A stretch of DNA of 64,000 nucleotides, taken from Syntrophales bacterium. GTDB taxonomy: Bacteria > Desulfobacterota > Syntrophia > Syntrophales > UBA2210. Below are positions 1-10,022 of this stretch, piece by piece. Each line of letters starts with the position of its first letter. Position 1 is the stretch's first letter. Made by a program: the position numbers and the translations under genes. The notes below the pieces were generated by a model, which was not told the DNA's origin, searched no databases, and was given only the letters and a program-made list of their open reading frames with translations. The stretch spans positions 2,144,001 through 2,208,000 of the forward strand of contig CAXXKT010000001.1 of NCBI GenBank assembly GCA_963662405.2. Reading direction: 5' to 3'.

Positions 1-298
1 AGGGCGTATACGTCCCCGCGATGAGGAAGAAGATCGCCGCGTGGTCGAGGACCCGCAGCATTTTCTTTGCCGGCCGATATTGCACACTGTGATACAGCGT
101 CGATGAGGCATAGAGGAGTATCAGTGTGGTGCCGTAGATGCTGCAACCTACAATGTGACGGGAGGTCCCGAAGGCACTCGCATAGGAGGTCAGGATCGCC
201 AGCGCTGCTATTGCGAGGATGGTGCCGATGCCGTGGAGGATAGACTGGGCGATTTCTTCGCGGACCCCGTATTGGGGGAGGCTTAATTTTTCAAGCAT
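1..298 (-). CDS. Hemolysin III / PAQR family membrane protein (runs off window edge)
   Basis: Manual translation from ATG 298: MLEKLSLPQYGVREEIAQSILHGIG...LYASSTLYH...LDHAAIFFLIAGTYTP, typical HlyIII motifs; absent from ORF track. Confidence 0.88.
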   Translation of the reverse strand, partial: MLEKLSLPQYGVREEIAQSILHGIGTILAIAALAILTSYASAFGTSRHIVGCSIYGTTLILLYASSTLYHSVQYRPAKKMLRVLDHAAIFFLIAGTYTP

Positions 299-567
299 AC
301 ATAACACTCTCTTGTATCGGCACGGATAGTATCTCTTGTTGAAGACGCCTTATGGGAAAGGGGGATTAGATGCAGGAGAAAACAGAGGTCGAAAGGTTCA
401 TCATCAATGCGGGTGCCTTATATATGGCTCGCCGTCGGAAGTCAAATGAAATTATCCCCCGTGGATACGCCATCCGGCATTTCACGGATGTGGTTGACAA
501 ACCAATCGCTTTTATCTTAAGGAAAGACGATAGAGCGGCTTGTAATAGGTCATATAAGAGGAGTACC

Positions 568-1149
568 ATGGACATCGTTTGTGAGAGTTCATCCATTGTT
601 ACATGGGTTATCATTCCCCTGCTGATCGCGTTGGCGCGAGTTGTCGACGTAACGTTGGGGACGATCCGCATTATTTATATCTCCCGTGGGATGAAGTTTC
701 TGGCTCCTATCTTCGGTTTTTTCGAGATCCTCATCTGGCTGATCGCGATCGGCCAGATCATGCAAAACCTCAGCAATCCCGTTTATTATCTCGCTTACGC
801 CATCGGCTTCGCCACGGGGAACCTGGTGGGGATCTTTGTAGAGGAGCGCCTGGCTGTCGGCAGGGTTATCCTCCGTATTATCACCCAAAGAGACGCCAAT
901 CAGCTTGTCGGCTACCTCAGATCGTCGGGATACGGAGTGACCACGGTCGATGCGGAAGGGGCGCAGGGCGCGGTCAAACTCATATTCACCGTAATCGACC
1001 GGGAAAAAATCGAAACGGTGGTGAACAGTGTACATGTCTACAACCCTCGGGCCTTTTATTCCATCGAAGATGTCCGGTTGGTGAGGGAAGGGATCTTCCC
1101 ACCATCACGGAGGTTCAGTGATCTCCTCCGGATGAGGAAAAAGGAATAG
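568..1149 (+). CDS. DUF2179/DUF5698 (YebE-like) membrane protein
   Basis: LARVVDVTLGTIR, GFFEILIW, YAIGFATGN, GYGVT..AEG motifs; RBS gaggag before ATG 568. Confidence 0.85.
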   Translation: MDIVCESSSIVTWVIIPLLIALARVVDVTLGTIRIIYISRGMKFLAPIFGFFEILIWLIAIGQIMQNLSNPVYYLAYAIGFATGNLVGIFVEERLAVGRVILRIITQRDANQLVGYLRSSGYGVTTVDAEGAQGAVKLIFTVIDREKIETVVNSVHVYNPRAFYSIEDVRLVREGIFPPSRRFSDLLRMRKKE

Positions 1150-1244
1150 GCCTTCCGTTCCCCGCAAACAAGATATATCGCTCCTCCAGGAAAGTATGAT
1201 ATCATTCGGGGCAAAACCCCCATTGAATACAGGAGGCATCCCGG

Positions 1245-3050
1245 GTGTTTCGCATCAGGCGCATCTATGATGACACCCTCCCTCGCGACCGCGAGGCCGT
1301 CGTCCAGGTTCAGGCCATCCTGCGGACGCAGTTTACCGCACTCGACGAACAGGATATTGCCAAGCTCCCCCTCCAGCTTCGCAATCCGGTGAAGTACCGT
1401 TTCAGGTCCGTCCTCTTTGTTGCAGATGGCCTGCGAGGGGACGTGAAGGGTTTTGCTCTCCTCCAGCACGCCCCCGACGTGGAGTTCTGCTACCTTGATT
1501 ACATCTCCATCGAGGCGAACCGTCCCGGGCGCGGGGTCGGAGGGGCACTTTACGACCGGGTCCGTGAAGAGGCCGCGGCACTCACCCAGGTTGGCCTCTT
1601 CTTCGAATGCATCTCCGATGATCCGAAACTGTGCAGGAACGAAGCGGAACGGGCCCAGAGCCGGAAACGACTCCGTTTCTACGAGCGATACGGGGCCTAT
1701 CCGATCATCAACACCGCCTATGAGACCCCCTTCAAGCCGGGAGACGATTGTCCCCCCTACCTGGTTTTTGATCCTTTGGGAAAAGAGACCGCCCTCCCTG
1801 CGGTGTCCCTCCGAAAGATCGTACGGGCCATTCTCACGCGGAAGTATGGAACCTCCTGCCCCCCGGGTTATATCGACAGGGTGGTCTCCTCGATTACCGA
1901 TGGCCCGGTCGAGCTCCGCCCGCCGAAATACATCCGGACTCATCCGGATGCCCCCATCCATGCCACACGGTCGATCGAAAAGAGGATCGCCCTGGTGGTC
2001 AACGACAAGCACGAGATCCACCATATCCATGAGCGGGGATACGTCGAGGCCCCCGTGCGGATCGATCGGATCCTCGAGGGGATTAAGAACCTTGATCTCT
2101 TCGAGCGGATGCGCCCCCGCCACTTTCCCGAGCGGCACATCAAGGCCGTCCACGAGACCCGCTATGTGGAATATTTCAAGAGGATGTGTTCCCTCATCAA
2201 ACCGGAAAAATCGGTCTACCCGTATGTCTTCCCGATCCGGAACAACGCGCGTCCCCCCCGGGAGATGCCCGTCCGAGCTGGATATTACTGCATTGATACC
2301 TTTACCCCCCTGAACAAGAACGCCTACCTGGCTGCGAAACGGGCCGTTGACTGCGCGCTGACGGCGGCAGAGGCGATCCTGGAGGGGTACCGTCTCGCCT
2401 ATGCCCTGGTGCGCCCGCCGGGACACCACGCCGAGCGGGGCGCCTTCGGCGGCTTCTGCTACTTCAACTCCGCCGCCGTGGCGGCTCATTTTCTCAGTAC
2501 CTACGGAAGACTGGCGATTCTCGACATCGACTACCATCACGGGAACGGGACCCAGGAAATTTTTTACGAACGCCCCGACGTCCTCACCATATCGATCCAT
2601 GGTCACCCCCGTTTTGCTTACCCCTACTTCAACGGTTTCCCCACGGAACGGGGGGAGGGGAGCGGGAGGGGATACAACGTCAATTACGCCCTCCCCGAAA
2701 CAGTGACCCCGGAGACCTACCAAAAGACACTGGGGAAGGCCATCAAACGGATCACCCGGTTCCGGCCGCGTTTCCTCATTATCGCCTTCGGCCTGGACAC
2801 CGCCCGCGGTGATCCCACGGGGACATGGAGCCTTTCGACGAGTGATTTCTACACCAACGGCCGAAGTATCGGCTCCCTCCATCTCCCCACGATCATTGTC
2901 CAGGAGGGGGGGTACCGGACCCGGTCGCTGGGCGCCAACGCCGCTCAGTTCCTTCTGGGGCTCTGGGAGGGGTGCAACGGGATTTTTCCGCGAAGGGGGA
3001 ACAGACATCTCTCAAAAACACGTCAGAAACCAAACTGCAGCGTGCGGTGA
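1245..3050 (+). CDS. GNAT acetyltransferase domain fused to Zn-dependent histone-deacetylase / acetylpolyamine amidohydrolase domain
   Basis: N-term RPGRGVGGALY and LRFYERYG (GNAT); C-term RPPGHHA, GFCYFN, DIDYHHGNGT, GLDT, QEGGY (HDAC); RBS aggagg. Confidence 0.88.
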   Translation: MFRIRRIYDDTLPRDREAVVQVQAILRTQFTALDEQDIAKLPLQLRNPVKYRFRSVLFVADGLRGDVKGFALLQHAPDVEFCYLDYISIEANRPGRGVGGALYDRVREEAAALTQVGLFFECISDDPKLCRNEAERAQSRKRLRFYERYGAYPIINTAYETPFKPGDDCPPYLVFDPLGKETALPAVSLRKIVRAILTRKYGTSCPPGYIDRVVSSITDGPVELRPPKYIRTHPDAPIHATRSIEKRIALVVNDKHEIHHIHERGYVEAPVRIDRILEGIKNLDLFERMRPRHFPERHIKAVHETRYVEYFKRMCSLIKPEKSVYPYVFPIRNNARPPREMPVRAGYYCIDTFTPLNKNAYLAAKRAVDCALTAAEAILEGYRLAYALVRPPGHHAERGAFGGFCYFNSAAVAAHFLSTYGRLAILDIDYHHGNGTQEIFYERPDVLTISIHGHPRFAYPYFNGFPTERGEGSGRGYNVNYALPETVTPETYQKTLGKAIKRITRFRPRFLIIAFGLDTARGDPTGTWSLSTSDFYTNGRSIGSLHLPTIIVQEGGYRTRSLGANAAQFLLGLWEGCNGIFPRRGNRHLSKTRQKPNCSVR

Positions 3051-3053
3051 TAC

Positions 3054-3082
3054 TTGACCTGACGTCTGCAATCCATTATTCT
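3054..3082 (+). promoter_or_regulatory. Putative sigma70 promoter
   Basis: TTGACC-17nt-TATTCT upstream of CDS 3115. Confidence 0.5.
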
Positions 3083-3114
3083 TACCTTTATTACTTCCGA
3101 AAGGAGTCCTCAGC

Positions 3115-3978
3115 ATGGGACTGAAAGAGAGCAAAACCGAAGAAAACCTCCGTAAGGCATTCAACCAGGAACTCAATGCCTATTTCGAATACCTCTACGC
3201 CGCGAGGGGAGCGAGCAACGAGGGATTCGAACTGATCGCCGATGTCTTCCACCAGACGGCCCAGAACGAGGCCGAACACGCCGAACACGAATTTCACTTC
3301 CTGGGATGGGAAGGTGACGTCAGGGAAAACCTCCAGGCCGCCATAAGGCACGAAGAGGAGGCGACGGCCTTCTACCGGGAAATTGCCGCCACGGCAAGAG
3401 AGGAGAAATTCGATGAGATCGCCGCCTTCTTCGATCGGATCGGGAAGGTTGAGGAGACACACCGGACAAAGTATGAGGAAATCCTGAAGGATTTTGATGA
3501 CGATACAAAGCCAAAGGGGCGGACGGTCCGACACTCGGCCCACACCATGGCCCAGTTGATGCTTCCCGCCCAGGCCAACCCGGCGGGCTTTGTCCACGGC
3601 GGTGAACTGATGAAGCTGATGGACAACGCCGCGGGGGTCACCGCCGCCCGCCACAGCGACACCAATGTCGTCACCGCCCTGGTGAGCGAGATCAACTTTC
3701 TGCGCCCCGTCATGGTCGGATCGCTCGTGACCGTGAATACCCGGATCACCTACGTGAGCCGTTCCTCCATGGAGGTCCAGGTGGAACTCCAAACGGAGAA
3801 TCTCCTGGAATCGGAGCAGCGCATCAAGGCCCTCACCGCCTACTACACGATGGTCTCCGTCAACAACCTGGGGCAGCCCCAGCCGGTCCCCCCCCTGATC
3901 ATCTACACCGAGGAGGAACAACGCCTCTTCGACGACGGAAAGGCGCGCTCCGAGGTCCAGAAGGCGAAGCGGGGTTAA
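3115..3978 (+). CDS. Rubrerythrin-like diiron domain fused to hotdog acyl-CoA thioesterase
   Basis: KTEENLRKAF..E, NEAEH, HEE, EETH diiron motifs; then ANPAGFVHGGELMKLMD...VSRSSMEV (YciA-type). Confidence 0.85.
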   Translation: MGLKESKTEENLRKAFNQELNAYFEYLYAARGASNEGFELIADVFHQTAQNEAEHAEHEFHFLGWEGDVRENLQAAIRHEEEATAFYREIAATAREEKFDEIAAFFDRIGKVEETHRTKYEEILKDFDDDTKPKGRTVRHSAHTMAQLMLPAQANPAGFVHGGELMKLMDNAAGVTAARHSDTNVVTALVSEINFLRPVMVGSLVTVNTRITYVSRSSMEVQVELQTENLLESEQRIKALTAYYTMVSVNNLGQPQPVPPLIIYTEEEQRLFDDGKARSEVQKAKRG

Positions 3979-4230
3979 GAAGCCGGATCGGGAAAAGGCG
4001 GAGTATCATACCGGTGAACCCCGTGGTTCGGGGGGGTGGATGCTTTTCGGCTCCCGCCGGTATCCAGTTATCTGTATGAAATGTAAGTCACCTTTTTTAC
4101 TTGACACAGATTACACTTTTCAGTTACGGGAAAAAATGGGTTGTTCTGCGTCAACCCCTGTTCTTGCAATAAAAATCATCCGTAATCCTCACCATTGCTT
4201 GTTTGACCACGTAACGCAAAGGAGGAAGCC

Positions 4231-4463
4231 ATGGAAAAGATCTGTCTTACTGCTTTGTTTGTTGTCTTTTTGACCACACCCGTTTGCTGGGCGTCACCGT
4301 GGGTATCGTGGCGATCCGTCGAAGACGTTTTTTGATCTGATGATGCCGCGGGCGATTCGTCGCCCGGCTCCCCAGGCATGTCTGCGTCAACGAGATGCTG
4401 ATCAGCCCGACCTGGAACCGCGGGTACGTATACGATCTCGGCCGCCCGCCGGTGGAAGAATAA
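4231..4463 (+). pseudogene. Deletion scar: signal-peptide-only ORF (4231-4335) followed by C-terminal fragment of an SDR oxidoreductase (4344-4463)
   Basis: RBS ggagga + MEKICLTALFVVFLTTPVCWASPWVSWRSVEDVF*; other frame FVARLPRHVCVNEMLISPTWNRGY...*, resembling an SDR tail. Confidence 0.55.
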
Positions 4464-4477
4464 TATCCCGTCCGAAA

Positions 4478-4509
4478 GAAAAAAGGCGGACCTGCGGTCC
4501 GCCTTTTTC
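4478..4509. terminator. Bidirectional intrinsic terminator
   Basis: gaaaaaaggcggacc-tgc-ggtccgcctttttc hairpin with A and T tracts, between convergent frames. Confidence 0.8.
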
Positions 4510-4527
4510 GTCTCTTCTCTGATTCGA

Positions 4528-6747
4528 TCAGTCTGTTCTCGAAAACAGCTTTCGTCCCTGCACCGCGAGAAGCGCCGTCCCCGCCAGAAAGAGAGCAAAC
4601 AGGATGGTCCCCCACTCCGAGAGGCTCGGGATGGCGGATCCGTGTATCTGGAGGGTATAATCACGACTTACCGTACAGCCGAGTCCTCCCTCATCAAGAG
4701 CGGTGATCGCGAAGTTCCACGTTCCCGCCGCAGTCGGCGTACCGGAGAGGACAAGGCTTCCCGGGGTCAGCGACAGGCCGTCCGGGATCGTCCCCCCCGT
4801 CAGTTGGTAAGAATAGGGGCCGTCCCCCCCGCTGGCGCTGAAGGTCTGGGTGTAGGGAACACCGACCGTGCCGCCGGGGAGGGCCTGTGTGGCGGGTCCC
4901 AGCGTGATCCCCGGACAGACGAGGAATGTGTAGAAGCGGAACCCCGTGCAGCCGCCACTTGCCCCGGTGGAGTCGGTGATGGTGATCTCGATGGGGAATT
5001 CCCCCGCTGCCGTGGGTGTTCCGGACAGGACCCCCGTTGTGGGATGGAGGGTCATCCCCGGGGGGAGTGTCCCATCCGTTACCGCAAAGGTGTATGGTTC
5101 AACCCCCCCGTACCCGGTCATGGCCTGACTGTAGAATACGTTGATTACCGCACTGGGGAGGTTGGCCGGATTGGGTTTCATGGCCGGGCAGACGGGATCA
5201 TCATCGTGCTGCCATTCCTTGATGGCGTCGTTGTCGATGGTGTCACCGAAGTCCGTGCAGACCTGTGCCCCGGCGGCGTTGGTAAAACATGCACGGATGG
5301 CGTCCGTCCCGACGCCCCCGTCCCCCGTATAGGTAAAGGTTGCCTCCCCGTTTGCGTCCGTCGTGTCGGTGCCGGAGTTCCCAAGGTTCGGCCCACTCCT
5401 GACCTCGAAGCTCACAAAGATGCCGGGCAGCGGGGCCTCCTTGAGGTCGGTGACCGTGGCGGTCACCGTGTGATCGGTATCGAGCGGATTGCTGTCACGG
5501 CGCGGGTCCAGGGCGATCATTTCCTTCGTCCATTCCTTTTCGACAACGTTCGAGCAGATCTGAGTTTCACCCGAAGAGAAGCATGCCTGGATACGGTCTG
5601 TCCCGACGCTCCCGTCTCCGGTGTACGTGAAAGTGGCCTCGCCGTCGTTGTTGGTGGTGCCTGATCCGCTCTCTCCCTGGTTGGGACCGGCAATGACCGT
5701 GAAGGTGACCGATGTTCCCAGGGCCGGTGTCGGCGTGATGGTGGCGGTAACCGTATGGTCTTCCCCCACCAGATTGAGGGCGGAAGGAGGATCGAGCACG
5801 ACCGCGGGCGTACCGGTTTGATTCCATACCTTCGTTACGGTCTGCGAACAGACCGTGTTCCCTTCATATGAGAAGCATGCCTGGATTTCGTCTGTCCCGA
5901 CACCGCCGTCCCCCGTATACGAAAAGGCGGCCTCGCCGTTGACGTTGGTGGTATCTGTCCCGGTTTCACCCTGGTTGGGACCGGCGATGACCGTGAAGGT
6001 GACCAGGATGCCGGATGCGGGATTGCCGCCTCCGTCCTCGATGGTCGCGGTCACCTCATGGGTGTCACCCACGTCATTCGTGTCGGTCGGTGGGTCGAGC
6101 GTAATCAAAAGGATGCTGTTGGGGGTCGGTATCCAATTGGTAAAATCGGTGGTCGATCCATCGGGGTCTGTTCCTATACCGGTGTTCCACGCCGTGGAAA
6201 CAGGATTTCCCCCTCACTTCAGATAAAAGTCACCCCACACGGGGGGCTCGACGCTCGTGAAGGTATAGACGCCATTGACGGAAGATCCGGAGGTATCGAA
6301 CTTGATGCCCACCATATCGGACCCCAGATTGGGATTTCCCTTGTTCGTGCCTGCCTGGGTCGTATCGGGGAAATTCGGGTCTTTCTCCCAGTATCCCCCT
6401 CCGGGTGTGGCCACGGTGGCATTGGCGTCAAAGATGTAGTCTCCGATAGTGCCAAAGGGGATATCGGGGCTGATTTCTATGATCCAGTGACTCAGATCGG
6501 GGGCGATGGGTACGCCGGCCTTGTCCGTGATGGTGTATGAATAGTGCCAGAAGGCCCCATCGAAAGAGATTTCCTAGGCAATCTGCACCCCGCCATTGGC
6601 TTCCGTGTAACCACCGGTGGCGTCCATCCCCGAAACCCCGGGTGTCGTGCGGGACCCGGTGTAGTTGGCAGGCGGTACCGGTATGGCGGCAAAGGCAGTG
6701 TGTACAAAAAAGACAAAGACCCCTAAAAAAAGAAGTAATCTTTTCAT
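4528..6747 (-). pseudogene. Secreted Ig-like repeat surface protein with IPTL-CTERM sorting tail; single frame with in-frame TAG (6574-6576) and TGA (6214-6216); pseudogene or recoded gene
   Basis: ATG 6747 with RBS gaggt, signal peptide MKRLLLFLGVFVFFVHTAFA; frame continuous with ORF 4528-6108; three Big_1-like repeats, two putative-Ig (He_PIG-like) units, IPSLSEWGTILFALFLAG + basic tail. Confidence 0.78.
5215..6108 (-). repeat. Three intragenic ~100-aa Big_1-like repeats (boundaries approximate)
   Basis: LDP...THxVTAT...FxVxxGPNxG...NGEAxFxYTGDGxVGTDxIxACF occurs three times, with nucleotide-level identity. Confidence 0.75.
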
Positions 6748-6920
6748 ACGTTACCTCGCTCAAAGGAATGATGGTAGAATTTTCCCTGAAGCGGAGCCAT
6801 ATCCCCAAAAACAAAACCCTCTCTCTTCTTGTCAGAAACAGGGCTTTCGGTAACCTGGCTATCAACCCTCCCGTCATTGCAGGTGGTTTCCAGTGCGCAT
6901 AGGCATCTCAACGTGTAAGG

Positions 6921-6949
6921 ATGCTAACTCGATTACAATATTGTGTCAA
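6921..6949 (-). promoter_or_regulatory. Sigma70 promoter of the IPTL-CTERM gene
   Basis: Minus strand TTGACA-17nt-TAGCAT. Confidence 0.6.
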
Positions 6950-7297
6950 GGCATATAAGGGCATATAAGGGGGTGAAGCTTTACCGCCTCACATCATTTT
7001 TTTGGCGGAATTTTGGATGGTAGAGGGCACACAGAGCCCCCGCGCATTGGTGCGGGTCAGTTTTGATGGAAGGTGCAATGGTGGAAACGACAATCCTGCT
7101 CGGAAACCGCGCGGAAAATGTCCCCGAATCCGCCTCAATCTGATTATCAAAAATTCCTCTTTTGAGACCCAGTCAATATGGCTTTCCTTTTCTTTCTTGA
7201 CACGGTTCATTGATTAGAGGATGGTAGCCGGGATCATTGGTTTTTCATTTTGGCACCGCAATGCAAATTCATGTTATCGGGGGGATATGAACACGTT

Positions 7298-8614
7298 TTG
7301 ATCAAGCAAAATCGCCTGTTTTACGGATGGATTATCGTTGCTCTCTCTTTTGTCAACCTCGGAATCATATTCGGAATCTGGTATTCGTTTTCTGTTTTCT
7401 TTGTCGCTATTCTCGATGAATTCGGGTGGAGCCGGGCGGCGACGGCCGGTGTCTTTTCGTGCTTCATGCTTGTTCATTCCGGCTCGGCGATCGTTATAGG
7501 CTCCTTTCTCGATCGTTTCGGGGCACGGGTGGTGATCCCCGTGGGGGCATGTATCGTAGCCCTCGGCCTCTTCGCTTCGAGCCGGATCGACGCGCTCTGG
7601 CAACTCTATCTGTGGTACGGGGTATTGACCCCGATAGGTGTCTGCGCCGTCGGTTTCATCGCTCACGGTATTATTCTGCCGAAATGGTTCGACCGCAAGC
7701 GCGGTCTGGCGATCGGGATAGCCATGGCGGGGATCGGTCTCGGGATGCAAGTACTCGTTCCGGCCGCGCAATTCGTCATTGCCGACTTTGGCTGGAGGAC
7801 CGCTTACTGCCTCCTGGCGGGTTTCATCCTTATCACGGTGCTGCCCCTGAATATCATTCTCCAGCGGAAGGACCCCCGAGTGGTCGGTCAGTATCCCGAT
7901 GGGGCGCATGCCGGGGAGGCGGCGAGAAATGAGTCGAAGGGAATCGGACCGTCCGAGCCTTGTCGCACCTGTTCACCCGTCATATGGACGGTGCACGCAT
8001 GCCTCCGCTCGAAACAGTTCTGGTTTCTGTGCGCCGCATTCTTCTTTACGCCCCTGGCAGTCCAGGGGACCCTCATTCATCAGGTCGCCAGTGTTGTCGA
8101 CCGGGGATTTTCAGCCGTCCAGGGGGCATTTTTCTTCGGCCTCGCCGGGATCATGGGGTCGGTGGGGAAGATCCTGTTCGGATGGCTTTCGGATCGGATC
8201 GGGCGCGAAAAGGCCTTCGGAATCGGGCTCGGGTGCGCCTTTCTAGGGGTTCTCAGTCTGATGCTGTTGAGGGCCGACTGGCCGTATCTCCTTTACGGAT
8301 ATGCTATTCTGTTCGGGCTCGGGTACGGATCGATTGCCCCGATCATCCCGGCTCGCACCGCCGATCTCTTCCTGGGACCGCATTTTGGGAAGATCCTGGG
8401 GGTCCTCTCAATCGGGGGTGGTACCGGTGGGGCCCTCGGTGTCTGGCTGAGTGGGAAGATTTACGATATCACATCGAATTATAACGCCTCGTTTATCATC
8501 TCACTGCTGTCGCTGATTGTTGCCGTTTTTCTCTTTCGATGTGCAGGAACACCGGTTGTCTCCGCAAAAAATCCCTTTATCCGCGGTAGCCGACTACTCC
8601 CGCCAATTCCTTGA
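7298..8614 (+). CDS. MFS transporter (OFA/MCT-like); start uncertain
   Basis: FYGWIIV, FGWSRA, LDRFGAR, KWFDRKRGLA, SDRIGRE motifs; many hydrophobic segments. Confidence 0.88.
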   Translation: MIKQNRLFYGWIIVALSFVNLGIIFGIWYSFSVFFVAILDEFGWSRAATAGVFSCFMLVHSGSAIVIGSFLDRFGARVVIPVGACIVALGLFASSRIDALWQLYLWYGVLTPIGVCAVGFIAHGIILPKWFDRKRGLAIGIAMAGIGLGMQVLVPAAQFVIADFGWRTAYCLLAGFILITVLPLNIILQRKDPRVVGQYPDGAHAGEAARNESKGIGPSEPCRTCSPVIWTVHACLRSKQFWFLCAAFFFTPLAVQGTLIHQVASVVDRGFSAVQGAFFFGLAGIMGSVGKILFGWLSDRIGREKAFGIGLGCAFLGVLSLMLLRADWPYLLYGYAILFGLGYGSIAPIIPARTADLFLGPHFGKILGVLSIGGGTGGALGVWLSGKIYDITSNYNASFIISLLSLIVAVFLFRCAGTPVVSAKNPFIRGSRLLPPIP

Positions 8615-10022
8615 CGATTTGTCTTACCGACGATGCCTGGGCGGTTGTTTCCTCGCACACGGATGCCGCCTCCCGGGCGCTGTCGGCATTTGCCTGGGCC
8701 GATCGATTGATCTGTCCTACAGATGCATTGATCTGTTCGAGCCCCTGGATTTGCCTTCGGGCTACATCCGATGCCGCCTCAAGGAAACTGCTCAGCGGCG
8801 CACTCGCCGTTCCGTAATCGACAAACCTCTTGAGACTCGTTCCCACAAACCGGTTACCGCCGTTGACGACCTTGATCGTCTTGTCGATCAGTTCGATCGT
8901 TTGTTTCACCGCATCGGTTGAGCGTGTCCCCAGATTTCGCACATCCTCGGAAACGACGGAGAAACCGACCCCGGCTTCGCCTGCCGAGGCAGCTTCAACG
9001 GAGGCACTCAGCGCCAGGAGATTTGTCTGGAAGGCGATCTTTTCTATCGCCTTGACGATCCCTCCACTCTCTTCATTCGATGTCTGGATCTTTCTCATGG
9101 CCTTTTTCGCCTGTTTCAGCATTTCGAATACCTCCATGCCGAGACCGAGGGATTTCTTTGACATGTCACTCAGCGCCTCAATATCGTCGGTACCCTGGCC
9201 GATGATCGGCTTGAGCTCCTTCTCGATCACATGGGATGTGCTTTTCACCTCTTGGGCCTGTATCGATGTTCCATCGGCGAGATGGTTGCTGGAGAGGGAG
9301 ATCTGATGGGCGGCTTCGGCGAACTGATCCGAGGTCTCCGTAAGATTTTCGATGACATGGTTAACCGGGACCGTTATGGCTCGAGCAAAAAAGATCCCGA
9401 ATGAAAGGGCTATGATGAGTCCTATTACGGTAGAGGCGATGGCTATTGTCTGAAGTCGAGAGGAGCGGGCAAGGCCGTCCTTTCGCGCCTCTTCGGACAG
9501 GCGCATAGAGAGGTCCAACAGCCCGCGCAGGCGCGTTTCCGATGTGGCGAAGGAATTGCCGAGCGGTCCGGCAAGGAGGGCTGTTGCCTCCCCCTGTTTT
9601 CCGTCCCTGACCAGTTCCATGAATGTGGCATGCTGCTGCCGCCAGGTTTCCCACACCCCGGTCAGACTGTTCCATCTTGATGCCATGTCCCCTTCTTTGG
9701 GCAGGGTGTCATAGCGTTTCCGCGCCTCTTCGGCACGGGCGCAGGCTTCTTCAATCTGGGTTATAAGCCGGGTTCCACCATGATTATCCGTACCCGAAGA
9801 ATCGAGCCCCGCAAGTGAGTGATCGATCGTGCTGATCATCTGCTGACTTTTGCCGATGGTTGCGAGATACCGGATGCCCGGGAGGCGGTACTCCGAAAAT
9901 GATCTCAGGTCATCGCCAACCTGTGAAATCCCGAGTGATCCGACGAAACCGCCTATCAGGAGCAACAACCCCATTACCATGAACCCGCCGATCAGTTTTG
10001 CGCTCAGTCTCAGCCTCAACAT
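8577..10022 (-). CDS. Methyl-accepting chemotaxis protein (4HB sensor, divergent signalling tip)
   Basis: Two TM segments; [36 protein letters not shown]. Confidence 0.85.
   Translation of the reverse strand: MLRLRLSAKLIGGFMVMGLLLLIGGFVGSLGISQVGDDLRSFSEYRLPGIRYLATIGKSQQMISTIDHSLAGLDSSGTDNHGGTRLITQIEEACARAEEARKRYDTLPKEGDMASRWNSLTGVWETWRQQHATFMELVRDGKQGEATALLAGPLGNSFATSETRLRGLLDLSMRLSEEARKDGLARSSRLQTIAIASTVIGLIIALSFGIFFARAITVPVNHVIENLTETSDQFAEAAHQISLSSNHLADGTSIQAQEVKSTSHVIEKELKPIIGQGTDDIEALSDMSKKSLGLGMEVFEMLKQAKKAMRKIQTSNEESGGIVKAIEKIAFQTNLLALSASVEAASAGEAGVGFSVVSEDVRNLGTRSTDAVKQTIELIDKTIKVVNGGNRFVGTSLKRFVDYGTASAPLSSFLEAASDVARRQIQGLEQINASVGQINRSAQANADSAREAASVCEETTAQASSVRQIVKELAGVVGYRG

Noticed and set aside
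1056..3008. Long antisense ORFs (650 aa here; also 36818-38455, 18747-20090, 16188-17516, 29791-30978)
   Set aside because: Shadow frames of GC-rich genes with clear motifs on the opposite strand
3990..4070. Nested inverted repeats after the rubrerythrin-thioesterase gene
   Set aside because: No match to an RNA family I recognise; could be chance in GC-rich DNA
6846..6915. Possible c-di-GMP-I/GEMM riboswitch in the IPTL-CTERM leader (minus strand GATAGCCAGGTTACCGAA)
   Set aside because: Only the 3' end resembles GEMM; the 5' P1 strand and GAAA tetraloop/receptor arm are not recognisable. An Rfam covariance search would decide.
6951..6970. Tandem 10-mer gcatataagg x2
   Set aside because: Two copies with no spacers; not CRISPR and no evident function
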